The position numbers and the translations under genes are program-made. The notes under the pieces were generated by a model. It worked only from the letters and a program-made list of their open reading frames with translations, ran no database searches and had not been told where the DNA came from. Positions 49,408-59,527 of a stretch of 64,000 nt of DNA are shown one piece after another (the first letter of the stretch is position 1; each line of letters opens with the position of its first letter). The stretch spans positions 2,976,001 to 3,040,000 of the forward strand of contig OY760937.1 of assembly GCA_963664225.1 (NCBI GenBank), in the 5' to 3' direction. This DNA is from Verrucomicrobiia bacterium (GTDB lineage: Bacteria > Verrucomicrobiota > Verrucomicrobiia > Limisphaerales > UBA1319).

Positions 49408-51882
49408 ATGAAAACATTGATGCGAATTTCAGTTGGCCTGTCCTTGCTGGTCTTGCTGGCCGCGCGGGCCGCTGCCGGTGAGGTCGCGCCCCGGCATCTG
49501 ACGCCCATTCCCATTCAACAGGTGACCGTTGACGATGATTTCTGGTCGCCGAAGCGGAAGGTCTGGCGGGAGGTGACCATTTTCGATGCCCTCGACAAGT
49601 TTGAAAAGGATGGGGCCATTCGCAACTACGATCGGATTCGCGATGGCGCCAGGGACGGCCATGAAGGACCGCCTTTTCTGGACGGCCTGCTCTGCGAGAC
49701 CATCCGGGGCGCGTCCGATTTTCTCCTTTCCAATCCAAACCAAAACCCCACCCTGGAGAAACGCCTCGATGGTTACATCGATCACATCGCCGCCGCGCAG
49801 GCCAGGGATCCGGAGGGCTACATCAATACCTACACGCAATTGGCGGAGCCGGGGCATCGTTGGGGACTCCATGGCGGCAACGATGTGGTTTCACACGATG
49901 TCTATAATGCCGGCTGCTTGATCGAGGCTGGCGTTCATTACTACCAGGCTACCGGCAAGACCAAGCTGCTCAGTGTGGCGGCGCGCCTGGCGAATCACAT
50001 GTGCGACGTGATGGGGCCGCCGCCCAAAAACAACGTCGTTCCCGGACATGCGATCTCGGAAGAGGCCGCCACAAAATTATACCTCCTCTTTCACAGCCAA
50101 CCGGCGCTCAAGGGAAAAATGCCGTTTGCCGTCCAGGAAGACCGCTATCTGAAACTCGCCTCATTCTGGATCGAGAATCGCGGCAATCACAAGGATCGGC
50201 AGGATTTCGGAAAATTCGCCGGGGCCTACGATCAGGACCACATGCCCGTGCTCGAGCAGCCCAGCATCGAGGGACATGCCGTGCGGGCCACGCTGATGTG
50301 CGCCGGTCTGAGCGCCCTGGCAGGCGTCAATGATCGGGAGGATTATCGCCAGGCCTCCGAACGGCTTTGGCAGAGTCTGACCGGGCGCAAAATGTACATC
50401 ACGGGCGGAGCGGGCGCCACGGCCGAGTATGAGGCGTTTGCGCCCGACTTTGTGTTGCCCAATGACGGCTACCTCGAGACCTGCGCAGCGGTCGGCGCCG
50501 CATTTTTCAGCCGCAACATGAATCTGGTTTGCGCCGATGCCCGGTATGCAGACGAAATGGAGCGCGTCCTTTACAACGGCGCCCTGTGCGCGGTCAGCGT
50601 GAAAGGCAACACCTACTACTATCAGAATCCGCTCGATGTGAAGAAACCGCTCGAGCGCTGGTCATGGCATGGCTGCCCCTGTTGCCCGCCCATGTTTTTG
50701 AAGATCATGGGCGCAATGCCGGGCTACATCTATGCGCAGGATCCATCCGGCCTCTATGTGAATCTGTTCGTCGGCAGCCGTGCGCAAGCACAACTACCCG
50801 GCGGCAAAGTGGTGCTCCGGCAGACAACCCGCTACCCCTGGCAGGGTGAGGTGAAAATTGTAGTCGAACCCGAGAAAAGCACCGCATTCGATCTCCATAT
50901 CCGCATCCCAGCCTGGTGCCAGGGCAAATCGTCAACGGACGACCTCTACCAAATCGCCGGCCGTCCGGAACACGGTGGGGCGCTGTTCAAGATCAATGGC
51001 AAAACGATTGAGAATCCAGAAATCGTTCGCGGTTATGCCCGGTTCAATCGCAAGTGGAAGTCTGGCGACACGGTTGAGTTGACCATGGACATGCCGGTGC
51101 GCCGTGTGAAAGCCAACCCCAGGGTCGAGGCCGATATCGATCGCGTGGCCTTGATGCGCGGGCCCATTGTGTATTGCGTGGAGGGCATCGATAACCCCGA
51201 TGGCATGCGCAACCTGTTTCTCTCCAAGGAAGCGGTATTCACGGCGGAACATCGTGATGACCTCCTGGGGGGAGTCACCTTGGTGCGAGGAACCGTTCAA
51301 GGGGCCTATCGAAACACCGATGGCCGCGTGGAAACAAAGTCCGCGGAAATGGTCGCCATCCCTTACTATGTCAATTCCAACCGCAAACCTTCCCAAATGA
51401 TGGTGTGGTTGCCGGAAACACCGGGGCTGGCTCAACCCCAACCCGTGCCAACCATCGCCAGTCGCGCCCGGCCCTTGGCCTCGCATTGTTGGCCCGCGGA
51501 CAGCCTGGCCGGCATGAACGATCAGATCGAGCCCTCGGCTTCAGACGATACCCGGATTCCGCGCTTCACCTGGTGGGATCACCGGGGCACAAAGGAATGG
51601 GTGCAGTATGACTTCGACAGGCCGCAAAAGGTCTCCGCCGTGGACGTGTATTGGTGGGACGAGCGGCGCATCCAGGCGCACTGCCGCGTGCCGCAATCCT
51701 GGCAATTGCTTTACAAGGACGGCGACCAGTGGAAACCGGTTTCCGGCGCAACCGAATACGGCCTTAAAATGGACCAGTATAATCACGTCCGATTCGCTCC
51801 GGTCACCTCCACCAGCCTGCGCATCGAGGTCCAACTCCAGCCCGATTGGTCCGGCGGCATCCTCGAATGGCGCGTCGAGTAA
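49408..51882 (+). CDS. GH127 beta-L-arabinofuranosidase-like protein with a C-terminal discoidin/CBM32-like domain
   Basis: Signal peptide; EGHAVRA, MYITGG, YLETCAAV, CPCCPP, RGPIVYCVE; C-terminal EWVQYDF...VDVYW. Confidence 0.9.
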   Translation: MKTLMRISVGLSLLVLLAARAAAGEVAPRHLTPIPIQQVTVDDDFWSPKRKVWREVTIFDALDKFEKDGAIRNYDRIRDGARDGHEGPPFLDGLLCETIRGASDFLLSNPNQNPTLEKRLDGYIDHIAAAQARDPEGYINTYTQLAEPGHRWGLHGGNDVVSHDVYNAGCLIEAGVHYYQATGKTKLLSVAARLANHMCDVMGPPPKNNVVPGHAISEEAATKLYLLFHSQPALKGKMPFAVQEDRYLKLASFWIENRGNHKDRQDFGKFAGAYDQDHMPVLEQPSIEGHAVRATLMCAGLSALAGVNDREDYRQASERLWQSLTGRKMYITGGAGATAEYEAFAPDFVLPNDGYLETCAAVGAAFFSRNMNLVCADARYADEMERVLYNGALCAVSVKGNTYYYQNPLDVKKPLERWSWHGCPCCPPMFLKIMGAMPGYIYAQDPSGLYVNLFVGSRAQAQLPGGKVVLRQTTRYPWQGEVKIVVEPEKSTAFDLHIRIPAWCQGKSSTDDLYQIAGRPEHGGALFKINGKTIENPEIVRGYARFNRKWKSGDTVELTMDMPVRRVKANPRVEADIDRVALMRGPIVYCVEGIDNPDGMRNLFLSKEAVFTAEHRDDLLGGVTLVRGTVQGAYRNTDGRVETKSAEMVAIPYYVNSNRKPSQMMVWLPETPGLAQPQPVPTIASRARPLASHCWPADSLAGMNDQIEPSASDDTRIPRFTWWDHRGTKEWVQYDFDRPQKVSAVDVYWWDERRIQAHCRVPQSWQLLYKDGDQWKPVSGATEYGLKMDQYNHVRFAPVTSTSLRIEVQLQPDWSGGILEWRVE

Positions 51883-51913
51883 GCATAAATAAAGCCAGAA
51901 ACTGGAATTTATT

Positions 51914-51962
51914 TGCGCACATGTTGCGCACCGACGATTTACAGGTGAGCAAAATTTGCGCA
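51914..51962. promoter_or_regulatory. Pair of palindromic enhancer (UAS)-like sites for an NtrC-family activator
   Basis: TGCGCA-CATGT-TGCGCA (51914-51930) and TGAGCA-AAATT-TGCGCA (51946-51962), 32 bp apart, upstream of a -24/-12 promoter. Confidence 0.65.
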
Positions 51963-52081
51963 CGCAGTATTGGAGGGGGAAGGAGTGTTCAATGCATGGA
52001 TTCAGCAAAAAAGGCCAATCGGCCATCAAAACACAGCATTTGGCACGTTCAAGGCGCCGCAGGCCGGGCTGTCAGTCCGGG

Positions 52082-52097
52082 TGGCATCCCTATTGCT
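52082..52097 (+). promoter_or_regulatory. Sigma54 (RpoN) -24/-12 promoter
   Basis: TGGCAT-CCCTA-TTGCT matches TGGCAY-N5-TTGCW, about 100 bp before the ATG at 52201. Confidence 0.75.
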
Positions 52098-52200
52098 AGG
52101 AGGATGTTTGAAACGCATGGGACTGGGACTAATGTACTGTTGTCACAGCCAATTTGGACCGGGTCCCACAAACTCAAAAAAACGGGAAGTGAGAGCAGTT

Positions 52201-52776
52201 ATGAAGAGAATCATTAAATCGACATTGTTGGCCGGAGCGGTCCTATTGTTTTCGGGGTCGGCGTCCCTTTGGGCGCAACCCGCCGCGGGAGGTCCCGGCG
52301 GCGGTCCGGGAAATTTCGATCCGGCGCAGATGCAGCAACGGATGATGGATCGTTTTCGCGAACAGTTGGACGTCAAGAGCGATGACGAATGGAAGCTGAT
52401 CCAGACGCGCATTGAAAAAGTCATGACCGCCCGGCGCGAAGCCGGCGGCATGGGAATGGGCGGGATGGGCATGATGGGGCCCCGCCGCCAGCAGCAGCAA
52501 GGTCAGGACGCCCAGGCCGCCCCCAGCACGAACAATCAGCAGCGCCGTCAGCGCGGCGGGATGTTCGGTCCCCAGACGCCCAATCCGGACGCGGAAGCGC
52601 TCCAGAAGGTGATCGAGTCCAAGGGATCGAAAGAGGAAGTCAAAGCCAAGCTGGATGCCTACCGCGCGTCGATGAAGACCAAGGAGGCGAATCTGGAGAA
52701 GGCCCAGTCGGACCTGCAGCAGGTTCTCTCGGTCAGCCAGGAGGCCCAATGCGTCCTGATGGGACTCTTGAAGTAG
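52201..52776 (+). CDS. Exported helical hypothetical protein (Gly/Met/Gln-rich, loosely Spy/CpxP-like)
   Basis: Signal peptide MKRIIKSTLLAGAVLLFSGSASLWA; low-complexity GGMGM/QQQ linkers between helices. Confidence 0.7.
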   Translation: MKRIIKSTLLAGAVLLFSGSASLWAQPAAGGPGGGPGNFDPAQMQQRMMDRFREQLDVKSDDEWKLIQTRIEKVMTARREAGGMGMGGMGMMGPRRQQQQGQDAQAAPSTNNQQRRQRGGMFGPQTPNPDAEALQKVIESKGSKEEVKAKLDAYRASMKTKEANLEKAQSDLQQVLSVSQEAQCVLMGLLK

Positions 52777-52811
52777 TCTGAACGCGGATTGCAGGAAAAA
52801 GCGATTTACCC

Positions 52812-54491
52812 ATGGCGGATATGCAGGAATTGCTGGGTCAAATGATTGAGAGGCGGCAGATGTCGCCCCGGGATGCGGAACTGCTGGCACACCAGTGCCA
52901 GCAGGGCCGCAATCCGGCCGTTCAAAGCGAGGATGATGTGCTGCGCTGGCTGGCCCAGGAATATGACCTGAGCTTTTCGGCGCTGGAAGGCATCGAACTC
53001 GACCGCCAGTTACTGTCGCTTTTTCCCGCCCGCATCTTATTCAAGGAGCAGGTATTACCCCTGAGCCGGACCAACGGAACGGTGGAGATTGCCACCAGCC
53101 GTTTGTTTTCCACCCAGGGTCTGGATGCGCTCAAGACCCTGACCGGTCTGAAACTCAAGCCGGTGCTGGCACCCACGGAGGCCATTCAGCGCGAGATCAA
53201 GAAACAGTTGGGCGTTGGCGCGGACACGCTGGGCACGCTCGAGGAAGAGACCCCTCTCCAGGTGGTGGACGAGGATCGGGACGAGGATACCAATCTGGAC
53301 AGCGCGGCGGAGGATGCCTCGATCATCCGGTTCGTCAATCAGGTGCTCCACGACGCGGTGGAATTGCGGGCCTCGGATATTCATCTGGAGCCATTTGAGA
53401 ACGAACTGCAAATCCGCTACCGCATTGACGGCGTGCTCCAGGAAGTGCCCGTTCCCCCGCAAATCAAACGCTTTCAGCCGGCCATCGTCTCCCGCGTCAA
53501 GATTTTGAGCCATTTGAACATCGCCGAAAAACGACTGCCCCAGGACGGACGCATCAAGATCCGCTCGGACAAAATCGAGATCGACATCCGCGTGTCGATC
53601 ATTCCCATGCTGCATGGGGAGGCGGTGGTCCTGCGTCTTTTGCGCCAGGACACCTCGTTGTTCAACATGTCCGACCTGGGCATGGCGGACCGGGAATACA
53701 AACTTTTCAAGTCGGTGCTGGGGATGCCGCATGGGATCATGCTGGTGACCGGGCCGACCGGCAGCGGCAAGACGAGCACGCTTTACACCGCGTTGAACGA
53801 AATCAACGACAAGGTGCGCAAGATCATCACGATTGAAGACCCCATCGAATATCAGATGCGCGGGATCAACCAGATTCAGGTTTCCGAGAAATCGGGCCTG
53901 ACATTTGCAAGGGGATTGCGTTCGATTTTGCGCCACGATCCCGATGTGGTGCTGATTGGTGAAATTCGCGATGAAGAGACGGCGCAGATCGCCGTGCAAG
54001 CCTCGCTCACAGGGCATCTGGTGTTTTCCACGCTGCACACGAATGACGCGCCCGGGGCGCTGACACGCCTGGTGGACATGAACGTGGAGCCTTACCTGGT
54101 GGCCTCGTCGCTGGAGGCGGTGCTGGCGCAACGGCTGGTGCGTGTGCTCTGCCCGCACTGCAAAACGGTGGATGATTCGCCGGCGGCCAGGGCCTTGACG
54201 GAAGAAGAGCCGCAACTGCACGGGGCGAAGTTGTTCCGGGCGGTCGGATGCCGGGAATGCCGGGAGACGGGTTATTTCAGCCGGCACGCCATTTTTGAAA
54301 TGATGGTGCTGGATAACGAGATCCGGCGGATGATTCTCAAGAGTTGCTCCAGCGGGGAAATTCTTGAGGTGGCCCGGCGCAACGGGCTCAGAACCCTGCG
54401 CCAGGACGGCTGGCGGTTGGTGCACGAGGGAGTGACCACGGCGGACGAAGTCATGCGTGTCACCAAGGATCAGGCCACGATCCGGGAGTAA
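52812..54491 (+). CDS. gspE: Type II secretion ATPase (GspE/PulE family)
   Basis: ASDIHLEP, RLPQDGR, GPTGSGKT, TIEDPIEY, LRHDPDVVLIGEIRD, CPHC...CREC. Confidence 0.93.
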   Translation: MADMQELLGQMIERRQMSPRDAELLAHQCQQGRNPAVQSEDDVLRWLAQEYDLSFSALEGIELDRQLLSLFPARILFKEQVLPLSRTNGTVEIATSRLFSTQGLDALKTLTGLKLKPVLAPTEAIQREIKKQLGVGADTLGTLEEETPLQVVDEDRDEDTNLDSAAEDASIIRFVNQVLHDAVELRASDIHLEPFENELQIRYRIDGVLQEVPVPPQIKRFQPAIVSRVKILSHLNIAEKRLPQDGRIKIRSDKIEIDIRVSIIPMLHGEAVVLRLLRQDTSLFNMSDLGMADREYKLFKSVLGMPHGIMLVTGPTGSGKTSTLYTALNEINDKVRKIITIEDPIEYQMRGINQIQVSEKSGLTFARGLRSILRHDPDVVLIGEIRDEETAQIAVQASLTGHLVFSTLHTNDAPGALTRLVDMNVEPYLVASSLEAVLAQRLVRVLCPHCKTVDDSPAARALTEEEPQLHGAKLFRAVGCRECRETGYFSRHAIFEMMVLDNEIRRMILKSCSSGEILEVARRNGLRTLRQDGWRLVHEGVTTADEVMRVTKDQATIRE

Positions 54492-54541
54492 CGCCATGAC
54501 CCATCCCGGTAAGAGCATGACCAGGTTCGCAAAAGGGGCTT

Positions 54542-54721
54542 CCAGCGGGGAGACGCCAGCGATACAACCCGACTTCTGCGGCACAAACCTGCCTTCATTA
54601 ACTTCAATTGCGGGTGGCCACAGGTCCTCGCAGGCAGGGACGTCTGCACTACAGCCCAATTTCCAGTGGAGGGATGCCGCGGAAACCTTCCGGCAAGGCC
54701 CCCTGCGCCACAGCCCAATTT
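54542..54721 (-). repeat. Cluster of three degenerate GTAG-type REP-like palindromes between gspE and gspF
   Basis: Minus strand TGTAGTGCAGACGTCCCTGCCTGC (54630-54653) plus related copies near 54542-54566 and 54690-54712; ACAGCCCAATTT occurs twice. Confidence 0.5.
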
Positions 54722-54734
54722 TCAGGAGGCTCGC

Positions 54735-55976
54735 ATGATCGCATTTGAATACCGGGCGATCGAGCCCAAGGGAACGGTGGTTACCGGGAACCTCCAGGCC
54801 GAAGGGCGGCAGGACGCCTTTCGCCAGTTGGAGGCCAAAGGCCTGAGACCCCTCAAGCTTGCCGAGACCAATGCCGCCACCGGCACGGCCAAGGACAAGG
54901 ACGACGCGAAGGGTTGGAACCTGGAATTGCGGTCGAACAAGATCACGGCGCGGATGCTCGAGGATTTCACGCGGCTGCTATCGAACCTTCTTGCGGCGGG
55001 CATTTCTCTGAGCCGCGCCCTGGTGATTCTGCACCGGGAAGCCCCGTCTCCCGCAGCGGCGGAGAAGTGGAAGGCGATTCATGACCGGGTGGTGGACGGA
55101 ATGTCCCTGGCGGACGCGATGGCCCTGTCCCCGGAGGTGTTTCCGAGGGTTTATGTGGCCATGGTGCAGGCGGGCGAGGCGGGCGGCTTTTTGGACGTGG
55201 TGCTGGCGCAGATCGCGGATTTTCAGGCGCGGGACAAGGAAATGCGCTCGAAGATGCTCACGGCGATGCTTTACCCGATGATTTTGCTGGTGCTGGCGGT
55301 GGGGGTGTTGATCTTCCTGCTGGTTTTCTTTATTCCACAGTTTCAGCTTTTGTTTGCCGGGTTTGGCGCGGCGCTGCCCTTGATCACCCAGATCATCGTC
55401 GGGGCCAGCGTGGTGGTGCGCACCTATGGACTGTTCGTGGCGGCGGCGATCGCGATTGTGTTTTTCTCGGTCCGCAACTGGTTCAAATCCCCGGCGGGCA
55501 GCCGTGTATGGGAGAAATTGATGTTGCGAATGCCCGTGGTGGGGCCGCTGGTGGCGAAGTTCGCCATGGCGCGCTTTTGCCGGATGCTCGGGACGCTGCT
55601 GGGCGCGGGGGTGCCCTTGATCAACGGGTTGAACGTGGCGCGCAAATCGCTGGGCAACCAAATGCTGACCGATGCGGTGGCCGAATCGATTGAGCGGGTG
55701 CAAAAGGGCGATCCCCTGGGAACAAGCCTTTCGGGCTGCAAAGAGCTGTTCAGCGGTTCGGTGCGGGAGATGATTTCTGTGGCGGAGGAAACGGGGCGAC
55801 TGGACCAGGAACTGGTGCGTCTGGCCAATGTGACCGAGGTGGACCTGGACCGTCAGTTGAAAACGGCCGTGGCATTCGCGGAGCCGGTGATGCTCTTTGT
55901 GATCGCCGGGTTCATTGGCACCATCTTCATCGGCATGGTCATCCCCATATTCTCAGTTCAGGATTATATTAAATAA
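54735..55976 (+). CDS. gspF: Type II secretion inner-membrane platform protein (GspF/PilC family)
   Basis: FTRLLSNLLAAG, MVQAGEAGG, YPMILL, MISVAEETG, EPVML; AGGAGG RBS. Confidence 0.93.
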   Translation: MIAFEYRAIEPKGTVVTGNLQAEGRQDAFRQLEAKGLRPLKLAETNAATGTAKDKDDAKGWNLELRSNKITARMLEDFTRLLSNLLAAGISLSRALVILHREAPSPAAAEKWKAIHDRVVDGMSLADAMALSPEVFPRVYVAMVQAGEAGGFLDVVLAQIADFQARDKEMRSKMLTAMLYPMILLVLAVGVLIFLLVFFIPQFQLLFAGFGAALPLITQIIVGASVVVRTYGLFVAAAIAIVFFSVRNWFKSPAGSRVWEKLMLRMPVVGPLVAKFAMARFCRMLGTLLGAGVPLINGLNVARKSLGNQMLTDAVAESIERVQKGDPLGTSLSGCKELFSGSVREMISVAEETGRLDQELVRLANVTEVDLDRQLKTAVAFAEPVMLFVIAGFIGTIFIGMVIPIFSVQDYIK

Positions 55977-55995
55977 ACCCAATAAAAAGACGTTT

Positions 55996-56454
55996 ATGCA
56001 AATCAACACGCGCATCGCGCTTCGAAACAAACTCGGATCCCGCAGCGGCTTCACGCTGGTGGAATTACTGCTGGTGCTGGTGATTCTGGCCACCCTGGCG
56101 GCCATTGTGGTTCCCAAATTCTCAGGCCGCACCGAACAGGCGCGGGTGACGGCGGCCCAGACCCAGATCTCCAACTTCGGCGTGGCGCTGGATTCCTTCG
56201 AAGTGGACTGCGGCTTTTATCCCAAGGGCAAATCCGGGTTGCAGGACCTGGTGACACAGCCCCGGGACGCCGCCAACTGGCACGGGCCTTATATCAAGGG
56301 CGAGATTCCCAAGGATCCATGGGGCAACGAATACGTTTATGAATGCCCCGGCAAACATAACGACAAATCCTACGACATCATGTCGATGGGGCCCGACGGA
56401 CGGACCGGCGGGGATGACGACATCTGCAACTGGCAGACCAACTCGAAGAAGTAA
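55996..56454 (+). CDS. gspG: Major pseudopilin GspG
   Basis: G/FTLVELLLVLVIL prepilin site; WHGPYI, KDPWGNEY, SMGPDG...DDDI. Confidence 0.95.
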   Translation: MQINTRIALRNKLGSRSGFTLVELLLVLVILATLAAIVVPKFSGRTEQARVTAAQTQISNFGVALDSFEVDCGFYPKGKSGLQDLVTQPRDAANWHGPYIKGEIPKDPWGNEYVYECPGKHNDKSYDIMSMGPDGRTGGDDDICNWQTNSKK

Positions 56455-56456
56455 TC

Positions 56457-57014
56457 ATGCGGTTCCCGGCAAACAACGTGGCGTTCACCCTGGTGGAACT
56501 CATCCTGGTGATGGCGCTGCTGACGATCGTCATGGCGGTGGCCGCGCCCTCGTTGTCCAAGTTTTTTCGCAGCCGGGATATCGAGACGGAGGCGGGTCGT
56601 TTTGTGGCGCTGACGCGCTACGGACAAAGCCAGGCGGTGTCGCTGGGTAAACCGATGGTTTTGTGGGTGGATCCCCAGGAGGGCTGTTACGGATTGGATG
56701 AGCAGGGAACCTCGCCAGCCAACAGGGTCCGAACTGGCAACGACCGCAATAAAACCCAGACGGGCGTGAGCGATGGGAGCGGGCGGTATTTCGAACTGCG
56801 CGAGCACAGCAGCATCGAAGTGAGCCGCACGGACCAGCTCACCAATGGACTGGCCTCCATGCGATTCACGCCGGACGGGGCCATCGATGAGAACAGTGTG
56901 CGGCAGGTATTCATCCGGGACGATGAGGACAGCGCCATCCCGGTCCAGCAATCACGCAACCGGTTGTATTATGAAATTGGGCCACGCACCAACATGGTCA
57001 ACGCGAGGCGTTAG
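56457..57014 (+). CDS. Minor pseudopilin (GspH-like)
   Basis: A/FTLVELILVM prepilin motif, RFTPDG; position after gspG. Confidence 0.8.
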   Translation: MRFPANNVAFTLVELILVMALLTIVMAVAAPSLSKFFRSRDIETEAGRFVALTRYGQSQAVSLGKPMVLWVDPQEGCYGLDEQGTSPANRVRTGNDRNKTQTGVSDGSGRYFELREHSSIEVSRTDQLTNGLASMRFTPDGAIDENSVRQVFIRDDEDSAIPVQQSRNRLYYEIGPRTNMVNARR

Positions 57015-57366
57015 GCGGGCGTTCACCTTCGCGGAGGTGCTGGCGGCACTGGCCTTCATGGCCATTGTTGTGCCGGTGGCCATGCGGGGCGTGCAGGTGG
57101 CCAACCGCGCGGGAGCCGTGGCCGCGCGCAAGGGGGTGGCAACCCGACTGGCGGAAACGAAGCTGCAGGACCTGGTGGCGACGGGGGATTGGCGCACCGG
57201 AGTGCGACAGGGACAATTTGAAGGGCAATGGAAAGATTACCGGTGGCGGTCGTTGAATGAGACCTGGAGCCAGGACAGCATGCGGCTGATCTCGGTGGAA
57301 GTGACTTACGTGGTTCAAAACCAGGATTACACCGTTCTTTTGGGATCCCTGGTGGTAAACAATTGA
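56971..57366 (+). CDS. Minor pseudopilin (GspI-like)
   Basis: A/FTFAEVLAAL prepilin motif; short length; operon position. Confidence 0.78.
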   Translation: MKLGHAPTWSTRGVRRAFTFAEVLAALAFMAIVVPVAMRGVQVANRAGAVAARKGVATRLAETKLQDLVATGDWRTGVRQGQFEGQWKDYRWRSLNETWSQDSMRLISVEVTYVVQNQDYTVLLGSLVVNN

Positions 57367-58145
57367 TGAAAGCGATCCATGTCATGCGGTCAGGCCGGCG
57401 CCTCCCGGGGTTCACCCTGGTGGAGGTGCTTGTGGCCACCGTTTGCATTGCGATCGTCATTCTGGCGCTCAATTCCACCATCTTCACCGCCATGCGGCTG
57501 CGCACGAAAACGACGGAACTGGTGGAAAAGGCCATTCCGTTGCAACATGCGCTGACCCTGATCACCCGGGACTTGCAGGGGATCATGGCCTCCAACGGAA
57601 CCCTGGCGGGATCGTTGACCGCAGGAACCTCCCTGAGCACCGGATCCGCGCAGATGGGCGCCAACTCGGGCACCGCCCAGCCGGGATCGATTCAGTTCCG
57701 CACCTCGACGGGCGTGATCAGCGACGATGAAGAGGTTTACTGGGGGGACGTTCAAAACGTGTCCTATTATTTGCGCCAGTCCAGCACCTCCGATGACACT
57801 TCCGCTCCTGGAAAGGAACTGGTGCGGGCTGTGACGCGCAACCTCCTGGCCGTCAATACGAACGATTTGACCGAACTGCCGCTCCTGGATGGGATCAAAA
57901 CCCTGGAGTATCTGTTCTACGACGGCACGCAATGGACCAATGCCTGGGATTCGACGGTGGCCAGTCCCGCATTGCCGCAGGCCATCAAGCTGGTCATCAC
58001 GATGGAGCCGGATGAGGACCAAAACCAAAACCACCAAAACCACCAAAACCAGATACAGCTCCAGACGCCCTTTGAAATCACGGTTCCCGTGCTTGTTCAA
58101 ACCCGGTCCAATGTGACGGCGTCGGCCAGCGGAGGTGGAATGTGA
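57366..58145 (+). CDS. Minor pseudopilin (GspJ-like)
   Basis: G/FTLVEVLVA, ITRDLQ, YDGTQWTNAWDS, LPQAIKL. Confidence 0.8.
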   Translation: MKAIHVMRSGRRLPGFTLVEVLVATVCIAIVILALNSTIFTAMRLRTKTTELVEKAIPLQHALTLITRDLQGIMASNGTLAGSLTAGTSLSTGSAQMGANSGTAQPGSIQFRTSTGVISDDEEVYWGDVQNVSYYLRQSSTSDDTSAPGKELVRAVTRNLLAVNTNDLTELPLLDGIKTLEYLFYDGTQWTNAWDSTVASPALPQAIKLVITMEPDEDQNQNHQNHQNQIQLQTPFEITVPVLVQTRSNVTASASGGGM

Positions 58146-59527
58146 AGGTGCTCGCGATCATCAACGTGGGAGCAGGCACGATGCGGCGGCGAAGCGGCCA
58201 GGGTGGAACGTGCGGCTCGGTGTTGATCATTGTCCTGTGGATTGCCTTCGGGCTGGTGAGCATCGCCCTTTATTTCGGGCATTCGATGGTCTTTGCCTAT
58301 CGCGCCTCCGACCAATACCAGGCGGGTGTGGAAGCGGACCTGGCGATGGAGGGGGCGGCGCGTTACGTCGGCTACATCCTCACCAACGCGGCCAGCATCG
58401 GCCAGATTCCCGAAACGAACGCCTATCTGACGGCGGGGGTTTCCATCGGCAACTCGACGTTCTGGCTGATCGGTCGGGGCGATCCGGAGGCCCGGCAGAC
58501 GGTGCCCACCTATGGCCTGATCGATGAGGCGTCGAAATTGAATCTCAACACCGCCACCACGAACATGCTCGAGGGTCTGCCGCGCATGACACCGGAACTG
58601 GCGGCGGCCATCATCGACTGGCGCGATTCCGATGAGGAGGCCACGAGCGGTGGGGCTGAGGCTGAATATTATCAACGGCGCAATCCGCCCTATTATTGCA
58701 AGAACGCGCCTTTTGAAACCATCGAAGAATTGCGTCTGGTGGCGGGAACCGACCTGACCATCCTTTACGGGGAGGACGCCAATTTGAACGGGATTCTCGA
58801 TGCGAACGAGAACGATGGTAATGCCTCGCCGCCGGATGACAACCGCGACGGCAAGCTCGATCCGGGCATTCTGGAATATGTGACGGTGTTTTCGCGGGAG
58901 TCCAATATTCGCACCAACGGGGAGCCGCGGATCAATGTGAACAGCTCGACGAATAATGCCGCGCTCAGGACGTTATTGCAGACGGCGATCGGGCAGCAGC
59001 GCGCCGGCCAGGTGCAGAGCCGGATTTCGGCGGGCGCGGGACGGTGGCGCAGCCTGCTGGAAGTCTATCTCAACAGCGGAATGACGACGGCGGAATTCGG
59101 GCTGGTTTACAACGACATCAGTGTGACCAACCGGGCGCAGATCGAGGGCCTGATCAATATCAATACGGCCCCCGCCGCCGTGCTGGCCTGCATTCCCGGC
59201 ATCGGTCCGGACAATGCGCCCCAGGTGCTGGCCTACCGCCTTTCCAAAACGGTGGACGAACTTAAATCCGTGGCCTGGATCACACAAGTGCTCGACCGGG
59301 CCTCCGCGATGGCGGCGGGCCCCTACATCACCACCCAGAGCTACCAATTCTCCGCGGACATCGCGGTCACAGGCCATGATGGCAAGGGCTATCGGCGTAG
59401 CCTGTTTGTTTTCGATACGAGCGAAGGCGCGTCCAAGATTCTCTACCGCCGCGATCGCGGGCGTTTGGGCTGGGCACTGGGCGCCGAATCCCGGACCGGC
59501 CGGACGCAAGGAAAGTTAATTCGTTAA
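58142..59527 (+). CDS. Minor pseudopilin GspK-like
   Basis: GSVLIIVLW, DEASKLNLNTA, IIDWRDSD, FETIEELRLV, ININTAP. Confidence 0.88.
   Translation: MKVLAIINVGAGTMRRRSGQGGTCGSVLIIVLWIAFGLVSIALYFGHSMVFAYRASDQYQAGVEADLAMEGAARYVGYILTNAASIGQIPETNAYLTAGVSIGNSTFWLIGRGDPEARQTVPTYGLIDEASKLNLNTATTNMLEGLPRMTPELAAAIIDWRDSDEEATSGGAEAEYYQRRNPPYYCKNAPFETIEELRLVAGTDLTILYGEDANLNGILDANENDGNASPPDDNRDGKLDPGILEYVTVFSRESNIRTNGEPRINVNSSTNNAALRTLLQTAIGQQRAGQVQSRISAGAGRWRSLLEVYLNSGMTTAEFGLVYNDISVTNRAQIEGLININTAPAAVLACIPGIGPDNAPQVLAYRLSKTVDELKSVAWITQVLDRASAMAAGPYITTQSYQFSADIAVTGHDGKGYRRSLFVFDTSEGASKILYRRDRGRLGWALGAESRTGRTQGKLIR

Noticed and set aside
52041..52056. Second sigma54 promoter TGGCACGTTCAAGGCG
   Set aside because: The -12 element is AGGC rather than TTGC, and a better match lies at 52082.
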